Source: Patescibacteria group bacterium
Lineage (GTDB): Bacteria; Patescibacteriota; Patescibacteriia; Patescibacteriales; UBA12465
Direction: 5' to 3'
DNA: 64,000 nt
Assembly: GCA_023229115.1 (NCBI GenBank)
Contig: JALNZW010000004.1
Location: forward strand, 40,197-104,196
Below, in pieces: positions 25,245 through 35,585 of this stretch. The notes under the pieces were generated by a model. The model ran no database searches. It saw only the letters and a program-made list of their open reading frames with translations, and was not told the origin of the DNA. Within the stretch, counting starts at the first letter, position 1, and each line of letters starts with the position of its first letter. The position numbers were made by a program, and so were the translations under genes.

Positions 25245-26747
25245 CTACAAGCCAGAATGATAAAAAAGAGCTTCATTTAAATCTTGCCTATTTATTTTTT
25301 CAGATTGTCTTAAATCAGCTAAGGTTCTAGCTAATTTTAAAATTTTAAAATAAGCCCTTGTGGACAAATCTAATTTTTCAACAATTTTTTTTAAAAAAAA
25401 TTGGTCTTTAACATCAAGAAAACAAAATTTATTTATTGTTTCATGATTAATTTCTGAATTAAAAAAAATATCTAAATTAGCAAACCTTGCTTTTTGCATT
25501 TTTTGAGCAATAATTATTCTTTTAACAACCGAGGAAGAACTCTCTGCCTCTTGAAAAGATGATAATTCATTAATATTCAATCTAGCTACATTTATCTTTA
25601 TGTCTATTCTGTCCTTAATTGGTCCAGAAATTTTTTTCTGATAATTATCTAATTGATTTTTAGAACAAACACAGGTTTTTGTTTTATCACCGAAGTAACC
25701 ACAAGGGCAAGGGTTCATTGCTCCAATCAACATAAATTTTGCCGGAAAAGAAAGAGAGCCAAAAACACGACAAATATTAATAACTCCATCTTCCAAGGGT
25801 TGTCTCAAATTTTCTAAAATTACTCTAGAAAACTCTGGTAATTCATCTAAAAACAAAATGCCTCTATGAGCCAAAGATATTTCCCCCGGACGAGGCCAAG
25901 AACCGCCACCAACGATTGAAGAAGGTGAGGCCGTATGGTGAGGAGATCTAAATGGTCTTGCATAAATTATTTTTTTATCTCCTAACTTACCAGCAACACT
26001 ATAAATTTTGGTAAGTTCTACAACCTCCCGACTATCCAGCGGAGGCATAATAGAAACAACCGATTTTGCCAATATTGTTTTTCCCGAACCAGGCGGACCA
26101 GACATTAAAATATTGTGAGCACCAGCCACTGCAAGCTCCAAGGCTCTTTTAGCCTGAAAATGACCTCTAATATTTTTAAAATCAAAAGGATAATAAATTT
26201 CTTTTTTTATTTCTGGAAAAATCTGTGTTTTTTTTAATTCAACTCCTTTTATCAAAAAATTAATAATATCTTTTAAATTTTTTATTGGGAAGATATTAAT
26301 ATTATTAACCAAACTAGCTTCTACAAAATTACTGAAAGGTAAATAAATATTTTTTATACCAATTTCTTGAGCAAAAGAAACTATTGGTAAAATTCCATTA
26401 ACATGACGAAGGTCTCCGTTTAAAGATAGCTCTCCAATAAAAAAAGAATCCTGAATATTTTTTTTAAAAGTGTAAAGATTAGATAAAACACTAATAGCAA
26501 TTGGTAGATCATAACTAGGTCCATACTTTTTAAAATCAGCTGGAGCTAAATTAACAACCACTTTTCTCTTGGGAAATTTTAAACCAAGATTAGAAATAGC
26601 TCCTCGAACTCTTTCCTTAGCCTCAGAAATAGATTTGTCCGGCAAACCAACAATTGAAAACAAACCCAACTCACCACCACCCAAACAAGACTCAATTTCT
26701 ATTACTTCGGCCTTAAGACCTAAAAGTCCAGCTGACAAAATTTTCAT
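25245..26747 (-). CDS. YifB/ComM-family Mg-chelatase-like ATPase
   Basis: N-terminal Lon-protease-like fold and AAA+ Walker A (GPPGSGKT). The C-terminal ChlI-like region includes the PCPCGY Cys cluster. Confidence 0.88.
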   Translation of the reverse strand: MKILSAGLLGLKAEVIEIESCLGGGELGLFSIVGLPDKSISEAKERVRGAISNLGLKFPKRKVVVNLAPADFKKYGPSYDLPIAISVLSNLYTFKKNIQDSFFIGELSLNGDLRHVNGILPIVSFAQEIGIKNIYLPFSNFVEASLVNNINIFPIKNLKDIINFLIKGVELKKTQIFPEIKKEIYYPFDFKNIRGHFQAKRALELAVAGAHNILMSGPPGSGKTILAKSVVSIMPPLDSREVVELTKIYSVAGKLGDKKIIYARPFRSPHHTASPSSIVGGGSWPRPGEISLAHRGILFLDELPEFSRVILENLRQPLEDGVINICRVFGSLSFPAKFMLIGAMNPCPCGYFGDKTKTCVCSKNQLDNYQKKISGPIKDRIDIKINVARLNINELSSFQEAESSSSVVKRIIIAQKMQKARFANLDIFFNSEINHETINKFCFLDVKDQFFLKKIVEKLDLSTRAYFKILKLARTLADLRQSEKINRQDLNEALFYHSGL

Positions 26748-26775
26748 ATTTATAATTTTAATTATTTTAGAAATT

Positions 26776-26800
26776 ATAAAAAAACAGGGATAAATCCCTG
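26776..26800 (-). terminator. Rho-independent terminator of smc
   Basis: Stem CAGGGA/TCCCTG (26785-26790 / 26795-26800) with loop TAAA, followed by a T-run on the minus strand. Confidence 0.75.
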
Positions 26801-26835
26801 CTAAAATAAAGTTAAATATACAATAATTTTAAAAT

Positions 26836-29800
26836 TTAAATATCATGAACATAATCGTCTAGCTTTATGCTCAGTAAATTACTAATACCATCGGAGCCCA
26901 TGCTTACTCCATACAAAATATTAGCTCTTTTCATGGTGGCCCTATTATGAGTAATAGCAATAAATTGAGTTTTATCCGACAAATCATCTAAAATCTGAGC
27001 CAATCTTTCAGAATTTGCTTCGTCTAAAGCTGCGTCTACTTCATCTAAAACAACAAAGGGGGCTGGATTAGCACTGATAATAGCACAAATTAAGGCGATA
27101 GCTGTTAAGGCTCTTTCTCCGCCAGACAACATATTCACTGAAGATATTTTTTTACCAGGAGGAACAGCTAAAATATCAACCCCCGATAAACCAATGGCAT
27201 TATATTTTTTTAAATATTTTATTTTCTTCAAATTTTTTGTTGATTGAGGTATAATACCTTCGCCACTCTTACTGATTTCGCCCTGCTCATTGTTTGTTTC
27301 ATCCATTTCTAGGGGCTCCTCTTTTATTGGGAATATTTTGGCTTGTCCGCCATTAAACAATATTTTAAAATATTCATTAAATTTTTCAGAAATAACTTTA
27401 AATTCACAATCAAAACGATCTTTAATCAAGGTGTCTAGTTCAACTATAACTCTTTCCAGGGATTTGATTGTTTTATTTAAATCTTCTGTTTGCTCAAATA
27501 AAAATTCATATCTTTTTTTTGTTTCAAAATATTCTTTTTCTACCTCTGGATCAATACCACCAATTTGTTCTAACTGATTTTTAATCTTATAAATTTCATT
27601 TTTTAAATACTCATAATTAATTTCCACATCCACTTCTTTTTTATAAGAATCAATAATTGATTTTTCAATTTTATCATTTAAAATATTATTTTCTAAGTCC
27701 TCCATGCGCGTTTCTTCTCTAGCCATCTCTACTTGTTTATTGTTTATTTTTTGATAAAAAGAGTGCATCTTTGATTCTAGTTCATGAACCTCTTTCTGCA
27801 AATTAAATAAATACTGTCTTTTTTCTTCCTGATTCTTATTAAAATTAGATAATTTTTCCTCCAAAGAACCCAAAATTTCTTTGGTTTTACTAATTTCTAG
27901 ATCTAAATAATTCCTTTCTTTAATAATAGCCTCTGTAAAAATAATATTTTTAAAATCAGAAAGAAAAGCATTGTCCCTAATTTCTTCTTCTAAATTTTCT
28001 ATTTTAGCTTGATTTTTAGAATCACTTGATTTAATAAAATTAATTTTATTTTCAAGATCAAGTAATTCATCTTTAAACTTTCTATACTCCGACTCTAGAC
28101 TTCTTCTCTTTTCTTGCCAATTTTCTTTTTCTATTTTTATTTTTTCTAAATCTAATTTAAAAGAAGATACTTCTCCTACTATTTTCTCTAAATTTAAGCT
28201 AGCCTTATCCTTTTCTTTCTTCAAGTCATCCAAGCTCTGTTCTTTGCTATTAGACTCTATTTTTCTATTGATTTCCAAGAACTCTCTTTCTAATTTATTT
28301 TTTTCGTTCTCTAATTGTTGTTTTTTATTTCTTAAAATTTGAAGTTCCAATTTAAAATTATTACGATCTTCATTTATTTTTTCCCTTTCTTTTTTAAGAT
28401 CAAGTATTTTTTTATTTACTCTCTCAATAGTGTTATCAAATTTTTGACCAGAAACAAAATTTAACAATTCACTTAAATCGTTTTTAATTTCTTGTATAAT
28501 TTTTTGGAAAAGAGATAAGTCGGAAGAATTTTCAAAATTACTAATTTTTTTAATCAAACTATTAATATCAGCATTTATTTTGTTAACATTACTAGGGTCA
28601 AATTCTTCTTTTATTTTTTTCAATTCACTCTCTAGTTTTTCTATTTTTTCTAAAAGCTCTTTTTCTTGCTCTGTTTTTGTAGAAAGTTTATCTTCTTTAT
28701 TTTTTTCTTCAGGATTTAATAAGCTAATTTCTTCTGATAATTGAGAAATGGTTTTTTGAATATCGTTTTGACGAGAAAATAAAAATGATATATCAAAATT
28801 GCCCGATTTTTCAAGCCTTAACTCCAACAAAGCCTCTAATTTCATCAGTTCTTTTTGCAATTCGCTTTGTTTTACCTCGGACTCTGTCAATTTTTTCTCT
28901 AAATCACTTATTTCTTCCTGTTTTAAAAACTCGGCTGATAAAGAATCTAATTTTTCTTTTATCTTTTCAGACTCTAATAATTTTTCCCCTTTCTCCTTGA
29001 TTAAATACTCAACTTCATTATTGTTTGTATTTTGAAACTTTAACTCTTCCCAAGAGTTAATAAGACTTTTTTGTTTTTCTAGTTTATTAAATTTGTCTCT
29101 ATTAGAGGATAAATTTTCTTGTAATTTTAAAAATTCATCGTTAAGGGATGATTCTTGGTTTATTTTATCCACTTCTTCTTTCTTGTTTTTTAAAATTATC
29201 TTTACTTTATCTTTATTTTCCTCATCTTCTTTGATTTCTTTATTTAAAGAATGAAGTTTTTCATTTATCTCTTGCCACAAAGAACCGTAATAATTTGTTT
29301 GATGCTCTCTCAATTCTTTTTCTAAATTTTCTCTTTTCTTTAATTTACTAACTTGCCTAGTCAAACTATTTAAACGAGGTTCAATCTCATTAAGAAGCAT
29401 TTCAACTTGGGATAAATTTTCTTGGCTCGTTTCTAGCTTTCCTAAAGACAAGTCTCTTTTAATTTGATATTGTTTAACACCAGTAGCCTCGTCAAAAAAA
29501 GCTTTTCTTTCGGCTGGACTGGTATTTAAAAAATTTTCTACCATTCCTTGTCCAATAACACTATATGTTTTTTGACCGAAACTAGCCTTGGCCAAAAAAA
29601 TTTGAACATCGCTCAAACGAACTTTATTATTATTAATAAGATATTCACTATTACCGTCACGATAAACCCTTCTAGTAATTACAATTTCTGGCAACATTAA
29701 AAAAGAATCAACAACATCTATTTCTGTTTTGTTATCTTTTTTTGATTCTTCTAAAGACTCCCTAGATTCGTCACTAATAGCGAACTCTTTAAATTTAAAG

Positions 29801-30090
29801 TTAGGATCTTGGTTATTTAAAAATAAGGAAACTTCAGCAAAATTAAGCCTAGCCTTTTTATCTGAACCAACAAAAATAACATCATCACTTTTTTTACTAC
29901 GAAGTAATTTAGAGCTCTGTTCACCTAAAACCCAACGAATAGCGTCAGCAATATTAGACTTGCCAGAACCATTAGGTCCGACCACAGAGGTTATACCTCT
30001 CTTTTGACCATCAACCATACCAGAAAAAACCAATTTATTTTTATTGGCAAAAGACTTGAATCCTTGTACTTCTAATTTTTCTAAATACAT
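26836..30090 (-). CDS. smc: Chromosome segregation protein SMC
   Basis: N-terminal MYLEKLEVQGFKSF...GPNGSGKSN, long coiled coils, C-terminal LSGGERALTAIAL...VLDEVDAALD. ATG at 30090 preferred over 30117. Confidence 0.92.
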   Translation of the reverse strand: MYLEKLEVQGFKSFANKNKLVFSGMVDGQKRGITSVVGPNGSGKSNIADAIRWVLGEQSSKLLRSKKSDDVIFVGSDKKARLNFAEVSLFLNNQDPNFKFKEFAISDESRESLEESKKDNKTEIDVVDSFLMLPEIVITRRVYRDGNSEYLINNNKVRLSDVQIFLAKASFGQKTYSVIGQGMVENFLNTSPAERKAFFDEATGVKQYQIKRDLSLGKLETSQENLSQVEMLLNEIEPRLNSLTRQVSKLKKRENLEKELREHQTNYYGSLWQEINEKLHSLNKEIKEDEENKDKVKIILKNKKEEVDKINQESSLNDEFLKLQENLSSNRDKFNKLEKQKSLINSWEELKFQNTNNNEVEYLIKEKGEKLLESEKIKEKLDSLSAEFLKQEEISDLEKKLTESEVKQSELQKELMKLEALLELRLEKSGNFDISFLFSRQNDIQKTISQLSEEISLLNPEEKNKEDKLSTKTEQEKELLEKIEKLESELKKIKEEFDPSNVNKINADINSLIKKISNFENSSDLSLFQKIIQEIKNDLSELLNFVSGQKFDNTIERVNKKILDLKKEREKINEDRNNFKLELQILRNKKQQLENEKNKLEREFLEINRKIESNSKEQSLDDLKKEKDKASLNLEKIVGEVSSFKLDLEKIKIEKENWQEKRRSLESEYRKFKDELLDLENKINFIKSSDSKNQAKIENLEEEIRDNAFLSDFKNIIFTEAIIKERNYLDLEISKTKEILGSLEEKLSNFNKNQEEKRQYLFNLQKEVHELESKMHSFYQKINNKQVEMAREETRMEDLENNILNDKIEKSIIDSYKKEVDVEINYEYLKNEIYKIKNQLEQIGGIDPEVEKEYFETKKRYEFLFEQTEDLNKTIKSLERVIVELDTLIKDRFDCEFKVISEKFNEYFKILFNGGQAKIFPIKEEPLEMDETNNEQGEISKSGEGIIPQSTKNLKKIKYLKKYNAIGLSGVDILAVPPGKKISSVNMLSGGERALTAIALICAIISANPAPFVVLDEVDAALDEANSERLAQILDDLSDKTQFIAITHNRATMKRANILYGVSMGSDGISNLLSIKLDDYVHDI

Positions 30091-30220
30091 AAAAATATCA
30101 ACAACATTGTCCATCAAAAAAACAACTAATTTATTATAGACATTTTAATAAACAAAATCAAATATTTTTTAAAAAAACAAAAGCGCTCATTTGAGAAGCG
30201 CCTTCGTTTTTTGAAAAAAA

Positions 30221-30472
30221 CTATTTCTTTTTTGAAACCTTTTTTGCAACTTTCTTTTTAGCTACTGGTTTCTTTGCAACTTTCTTAACAATCTTTTTTG
30301 CAACTTTCTTTTTAGCTACTGGTTTCTTTGCAACTTTCTTTTTAGCTACTGGTTTCTTTGCAACTTTCTTAACAATCTTTTTTACAACTTTCTTTTTAGC
30401 TACTGGTTTCTTTGCAACTTTCTTTTTAGCTACTGGTTTCTTTGCAACTTTCTTTTTAGCTACCTTTTTCAT
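30221..30472 (-). CDS. Histone H1-like Lys/Ala/Val/Pro repeat protein (putative nucleoid-associated)
   Basis: The 83-aa protein consists almost entirely of KKVAKKPVAK repeats. Has its own weak hairpin downstream and lies next to smc. Confidence 0.65.
   Translation of the reverse strand: MKKVAKKKVAKKPVAKKKVAKKPVAKKKVVKKIVKKVAKKPVAKKKVAKKPVAKKKVAKKIVKKVAKKPVAKKKVAKKVSKKK
30246..30443. repeat. Coding tandem repeat, 30-bp unit nested in 84-bp higher-order unit
   Basis: The unit GCAACTTTCTTTTTAGCTACTGGTTTCTTT is repeated and interleaved with the 24-bp variant GCAACTTTCTTAACAATCTTTTTT. The 30276-30359 block recurs almost exactly at 30360-30443 (one G/A difference at 30299 vs 30383). Confidence 0.85.
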
Positions 30473-30582
30473 AATTTTAAAAAATTATTTATTGCTTAAA
30501 ATAGGAACCGACCAATTCCTATATAATTTAAATTAAATCTAAGATAATTATAACATAAAAAAAATAAAACAACAACAAAAAA

Positions 30583-31083
30583 TCAAGGTTTATTGAAGTA
30601 AAAATTATCACCAACCGAAATTTTATTTTGATCACAAAAGCCCCCCTTAAGCTCCAAAACTTTATCAACCGGGACTGGCGATTTATAAAAAATATTTTGA
30701 TTAAATTCTTCAAAAGACAAATCTTTATAAATTTCCACAATTTCATTTTCATCAATAAAAACAATATCAAGATTAAATTTCATATCTCTCATGACAAAAG
30801 TTCTTATCTCTTTATCAAAAAACAAAAAAAGCATTCCAAAATCGTCGGGAATGTTTTCTCTGTGACTCAAACCTAAATATTTTTTTTCAGGAGAAATAGT
30901 TAATTCAACATTAATTTCTTTATCTTTTATTTTCGAAACAACAATATCTCCATTATTAAAATTAGTTTTATCCACAGACCTAATTTTTAAAATTAAAAAA
31001 AAGAAAAAAAGAAAAAAAGCAAAGAATAAAAATAAAAAACAAAAAAATACGAATCTTTTATTTTTTATATTTTTTTTAGACAT
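30583..31083 (-). CDS. DUF192-family protein (secreted/membrane-anchored)
   Basis: N-terminal TM followed by GLSHRENIPDDFGMLFLF...MRDMKFNLDIVFIDENEIVEI, the DUF192 (COG1430) pattern. Confidence 0.65.
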   Translation of the reverse strand: MSKKNIKNKRFVFFCFLFLFFAFFLFFFFLILKIRSVDKTNFNNGDIVVSKIKDKEINVELTISPEKKYLGLSHRENIPDDFGMLFLFFDKEIRTFVMRDMKFNLDIVFIDENEIVEIYKDLSFEEFNQNIFYKSPVPVDKVLELKGGFCDQNKISVGDNFYFNKP

Positions 31084-33793
31084 TTTTTTGTCTCCTTTTA
31101 ATAAATTTAAAAATTTCCATTATTAACAAAACGGAAGAGGCTATTAAAAGTAAATAAAACCATTCTTTTAGTCTTATTCTTTGGGTTTGAAGAGTTTTGC
31201 TCAAAAAGGGATTATAAATAGCAAAAATGTGCAATAGCTGAGCAGCAACTATTGCAAAAAGAATAAGCATGTTTTTCTTAAAAGAAATTTTAAAAATAGA
31301 AACAAGCTCTGAACGACAATTCAAAAGATGAATGTTTTGAAATAAAACCATCAACATTAAAAGGAAATTTCTAGCGTGTACCTCTTCCCAGTTTAAAACA
31401 TTAAGAAGATAATACCAAACAACAAAAACAACGAGACCAATAAACAAACCTGAAATTAAGGTTTGTTGTGTCATTAGTTTATCAAAAATATTTTCTTGTG
31501 GTGATCTTGGTGGTCTCTTCATAACACCGTCCTCACCAGCTTCAAACGCCAAGAATATATCTTGTATTCCATTAGTAACTAAATTTAACCATAAAAGTTG
31601 AGCAGCAAAAAAAGGAAGTGGTAAATTAAAGATAACTGCTAACAAAAAAATAAATATTTCAGCCGCTCCACTAGAAAGAACAAAATAAACAACCTTTCTA
31701 ATATTGTCATAGACAAAACGACCCTCTTCTACTCCTCCAACAATTGAAGCAAAATTATCATCAACAACTATCATGGTAGAAGTCTCTTTGGCTACATCAG
31801 TCCCAGAGCCCATAGCCACTCCAATGTTAGCTTGTTTAAGGGCCGGAGCATCATTTACCCCATCACCAGTAACGGCCACAAAATGACCCATTTTGACCAA
31901 AGCCTTCACTATCTTTAATTTTTGTAAAGGAGAAACTCCGGCAAAGACAGTCGTTCTATTAATTAAATCGACAAACTTGGGTGTAGTTTCTAAATCAGCT
32001 GAACCAAGCTTATCTCCGGTTATAACTTGATCACTAGAGCGAGCAATCCCCAGCTCTTTAGAAATAAACAAGGCAGTGGCCGGATGATCTCCAGTAACCA
32101 TTATAACTTTTATGCCCGCCTCCTTACATTTTTGGACAGCTTGTTTTGAATCTTTTCTTAAAGGATCTATAAAACAAACTAAAGAAAGGAAGTTAATATT
32201 TTTTATTTTTTTATCTTCAAATTTTTTAAAATCAAAATCACTTATATCTATTTTGCCATAAGCAACTGCTAACACTCTATAACCTAGAGAGGCTAAAGCC
32301 TCTCCTTCTTTTTTAATATTGGATTTATCTAAAGACATTGGAGATTCCAAGAACCCAGCCTGAGAACAAAAATCAAGAACACGATTTACGGAGCCCTTAA
32401 CAGCCACTCGAACTTCTTCTGTTTTTTTGTCTTTATAAATTTTGGCTGAAAATCTTTTTTCTGATTCATAAGGAATTCCTAACAAATGTTCAACTGAATT
32501 ATTTATTTCATCCAAAGATAATCCTGCTTTATAAGCCATGGCCAAAAAAGCAACATCCATAGAATCACCATGATGATGCCAAACCTTCTTTGATCTCCAC
32601 AATTTAGCTTCATTACTTAAAACAGAATTTTTTATTATCTCAAAAACAATATTTTTATCTTCCTGATTAAAGCCATCTTCATAATCTAAAGATCCAATTC
32701 CATTATATCCCTGCCCCGAGATATTTACTTTCTTAGAATTGGGAAGATAAATTAATTTGGCTGTTTGTTGATTAACAGTTAATGTCCCAGTTTTGTCGCT
32801 AGCAATCATAGTACAAGAGCCTAAACCCTCTACGGCTGTAAGTTGTCTAACAACAACATTTCTCTTCGACATTCTGGTTGTTGCTACAGATAGGGCCACA
32901 GTTAAGGCCACTGGCAAACCCTCTGGAATAGCTGAAACAGCCAAGGCCACAACTAAGAAAAAAACCTCCATCGGTTCTACTCCCTTCCAAATAGAGATGA
33001 TAGCCAAAACAAGACAAAGAAATAAAATAATAAAAGAAACCCTTTTAGTAAAGCTTTCCATTCTAATAATAAGAGGTGGTTTTGTTTTTTGAGAAGATGA
33101 AATAATATCAGCGATTTTACCAACTTCAGTATTTAAACCAGTTTCAATTACAATGCCCCAGGCACGACCAGAGATAACTGAAGCGCCAGCATAAGCAATA
33201 TTACTTCTCTTATTAAGAGGTGTATCTTTTTTTAATTTTTCCAAGCTCTTACTAACCGCCTCTGATTCTCCAGTTAAAAAAGATTCATCGATTGATAAAT
33301 TTTTGCAATCAAACAATCTTAAATCCGCCGGAACCTTAGATCCAGACTCTAAAAAAACAATATCACCAACCACCAGCTCTTCTGCATTAATATCTTTTTC
33401 AATCCCATGTCTTTTAACTCTAGCCTTTATCTTTAAAAGATTTTGTAAAGCAGCTGCATTTTTCTCAGCCTTATTTTCCTGCCAAGTACCGATGATAGCG
33501 TTAAAAACTATAACTCCAAAAATAAAAGAAGCATCTGTAAATTCTTTTAAAAACAAAGAGATAAGCCCAGCAAAAATCAAAACATAAATTAGAGGGCTTA
33601 AAAACTGGCTAAAAAAAATAATAAAAATATTGGGGACCTTACGACTGGGAAGTTTATTTAAGCCAAACTCTTTTTGCCTTGTAAAAACTTCATGAGAATC
33701 AAGGCCATCTTTGTTTGATTTTAATTGCTCAAAAATAGCTTTAATTTCTAAAGAGTGCCAATCCATTTTTTTATCGTTTGTTTTATTTTCCAT
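31076..33793 (-). CDS. Cation-transporting P-type ATPase (type II, Ca2+/Mg2+-like)
   Basis: Motifs TGES, DKTGTLT, MVTGDHPATA and GDGVNDAPALK, with 10 TM segments. ATG at 33793 (MENKTNDKK...) preferred over 33886. 8-nt overlap with the DUF192 gene. Confidence 0.9.
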   Translation of the reverse strand: MENKTNDKKMDWHSLEIKAIFEQLKSNKDGLDSHEVFTRQKEFGLNKLPSRKVPNIFIIFFSQFLSPLIYVLIFAGLISLFLKEFTDASFIFGVIVFNAIIGTWQENKAEKNAAALQNLLKIKARVKRHGIEKDINAEELVVGDIVFLESGSKVPADLRLFDCKNLSIDESFLTGESEAVSKSLEKLKKDTPLNKRSNIAYAGASVISGRAWGIVIETGLNTEVGKIADIISSSQKTKPPLIIRMESFTKRVSFIILFLCLVLAIISIWKGVEPMEVFFLVVALAVSAIPEGLPVALTVALSVATTRMSKRNVVVRQLTAVEGLGSCTMIASDKTGTLTVNQQTAKLIYLPNSKKVNISGQGYNGIGSLDYEDGFNQEDKNIVFEIIKNSVLSNEAKLWRSKKVWHHHGDSMDVAFLAMAYKAGLSLDEINNSVEHLLGIPYESEKRFSAKIYKDKKTEEVRVAVKGSVNRVLDFCSQAGFLESPMSLDKSNIKKEGEALASLGYRVLAVAYGKIDISDFDFKKFEDKKIKNINFLSLVCFIDPLRKDSKQAVQKCKEAGIKVIMVTGDHPATALFISKELGIARSSDQVITGDKLGSADLETTPKFVDLINRTTVFAGVSPLQKLKIVKALVKMGHFVAVTGDGVNDAPALKQANIGVAMGSGTDVAKETSTMIVVDDNFASIVGGVEEGRFVYDNIRKVVYFVLSSGAAEIFIFLLAVIFNLPLPFFAAQLLWLNLVTNGIQDIFLAFEAGEDGVMKRPPRSPQENIFDKLMTQQTLISGLFIGLVVFVVWYYLLNVLNWEEVHARNFLLMLMVLFQNIHLLNCRSELVSIFKISFKKNMLILFAIVAAQLLHIFAIYNPFLSKTLQTQRIRLKEWFYLLLIASSVLLIMEIFKFIKRRQKNV

Positions 33794-33812
33794 AAATTCT
33801 TTATTTAAAAAA

Positions 33813-35504
33813 TTAACTTTCACTAACAAAATAATTTTCTTGAATATATTGTTGAAGCATTCTTTCTGTATTAAAATAAGAAGCATTTATGGCAATTGTA
33901 TTTTGCATAGTTTCTTGCCATTTTTTAGGCACACCATAATAACGTGGCAATATTTTATTTTCCAAATTATAATACAAGCTTTCAGCATCTTTTTTGTTCA
34001 ATTCTAAAGAATTAAAACTTTTTCTTTTTTCTCCAATAGCCCAACCAGTTTTATCCTTAATATAGCCCTCAAGCCACCAACCATCCAAAGTACTAAAATG
34101 TGGAATGCCATTATGAGCAGCTTTCATACCGCTAGTTCCTGAAGCTTCATTAGGAGGAAGGGGAGTATTAAGCCAAATATCAACTCCAGAAGTCATTAAC
34201 TTTCCTAATTTCATTTCATAGCTCTCTAAAAAAACAATTTTTATTTCATCTTTATATTGCTCCTTCATTTTTAATATATCTTTAATTAATTTTTTTCCAT
34301 CTACATCGTTTGGATGAGCTTTGCCGGCATATATTATTTGAATTTGTCCAATATTATGATGAATATTTAAAAGCTTTTTAATATCATGAAAAAGAAGATT
34401 AGATCTCTTGTAACCAGTGAAACGACGAGCAAAGCCAATAGTAAAAACATTTAGATCTAATTTTATTTTTTGCTTTTTATAAATATAATCTATTAAATCT
34501 TTTTTTGATCTCTGATGGGCTTGCCAGATAACAGACAAAGGAATGTTAAAAACATTTCTCAAAGATAAATTTGAGTTTCTCCAATTAGGAATATATTTAT
34601 CATATATTTTTTGAAAATGAGGAGAAGTCCAAGTTTCTGAATGAATCCCGTTGGTTATAGCGTGAATTGGATATTCGGGAAACATTTTATTAGAAACTTT
34701 TTGATGACTTAAAGCCACTCCGTTTATAAAATTACTAAAAAATAAACCAATCTTTGTCATGTTGACTATCTTTTTATCAACCAACCCTTTTAATTTATAA
34801 GGAAAATCTTTTTGATACTCCAGAAAAAATTTTAAAGGAAAAACATCATGACCAGCATCAACTGGGGTGTGTGTTGTAAAAACACATTTTCGTCTAACAT
34901 CTCTAATTTTATCTTCATTTTTTCTTTTTTTAGAATTGAGAAATAATTCAACCGCAGCTAGACTTCCATGACCCTCATTTATATGAAATTTTTTTAAATA
35001 CTTATGACCTAAAGAATTTAAAATTTTAACTCCAGCTCGACCTAAAACAATTTCTTGCATCAAACGATAGTCTTTGCCAGAGCCATAAAGTTGTCCAGTT
35101 AAACTAGCATATTTAGGTAAGTTGCCAGCAATGTTTGTATCTAATAAATAAACAGGCACTGGATATTCACCACGTCCAGTAATTAAATATTGCCAAACAC
35201 CAACTAGAACATCATCTTTGCCAATTTTAATTTTAACTTTATTCGGTAATTTCTTTAATTTAGATAAATTATAATTTGATTTTAATTCTTCTTGACCATT
35301 TTTCCCTATTTTTTGTTTAAAATAACCCAGGTCGTTTAAAAGAGTCACTCCCAACATCGGCAAATCAAGATCAGCCGCCGACCTTAAAGTATCTCCGGCT
35401 AAAACACCCAAGCCACCAGCATAGGTTTTAATATCATTTTCCAAAGCTATTTCCATACTGAAATAAGCTATTTTGTATTTTCCATTCTTTTTTTCTTGAT
35501 TCAT
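33813..35504 (-). CDS. Alpha-glucan (glycogen/maltodextrin) phosphorylase family protein
   Basis: N-terminal AYFSMEIALENDIKTYAGGLGVLAGDTLRSAADL plus EASGTSGMKAAHNG (PLP-Lys region). Confidence 0.88.
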   Translation of the reverse strand: MNQEKKNGKYKIAYFSMEIALENDIKTYAGGLGVLAGDTLRSAADLDLPMLGVTLLNDLGYFKQKIGKNGQEELKSNYNLSKLKKLPNKVKIKIGKDDVLVGVWQYLITGRGEYPVPVYLLDTNIAGNLPKYASLTGQLYGSGKDYRLMQEIVLGRAGVKILNSLGHKYLKKFHINEGHGSLAAVELFLNSKKRKNEDKIRDVRRKCVFTTHTPVDAGHDVFPLKFFLEYQKDFPYKLKGLVDKKIVNMTKIGLFFSNFINGVALSHQKVSNKMFPEYPIHAITNGIHSETWTSPHFQKIYDKYIPNWRNSNLSLRNVFNIPLSVIWQAHQRSKKDLIDYIYKKQKIKLDLNVFTIGFARRFTGYKRSNLLFHDIKKLLNIHHNIGQIQIIYAGKAHPNDVDGKKLIKDILKMKEQYKDEIKIVFLESYEMKLGKLMTSGVDIWLNTPLPPNEASGTSGMKAAHNGIPHFSTLDGWWLEGYIKDKTGWAIGEKRKSFNSLELNKKDAESLYYNLENKILPRYYGVPKKWQETMQNTIAINASYFNTERMLQQYIQENYFVSES

Positions 35505-35585
35505 AAGATATATATAATATTTTTTATTTTAATAAATTTTAACATAATTTTATTTTTTTTAAAAACTTTGCTATTATATTTCTAT

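Noticed and set aside
30246-30443. Regular 30-bp tandem repeats considered as a possible CRISPR array.
   Set aside because: The repeats are contiguous with no unique spacers. They lie entirely within an open reading frame encoding KKVAKKPVAK repeats, and no cas genes are nearby.
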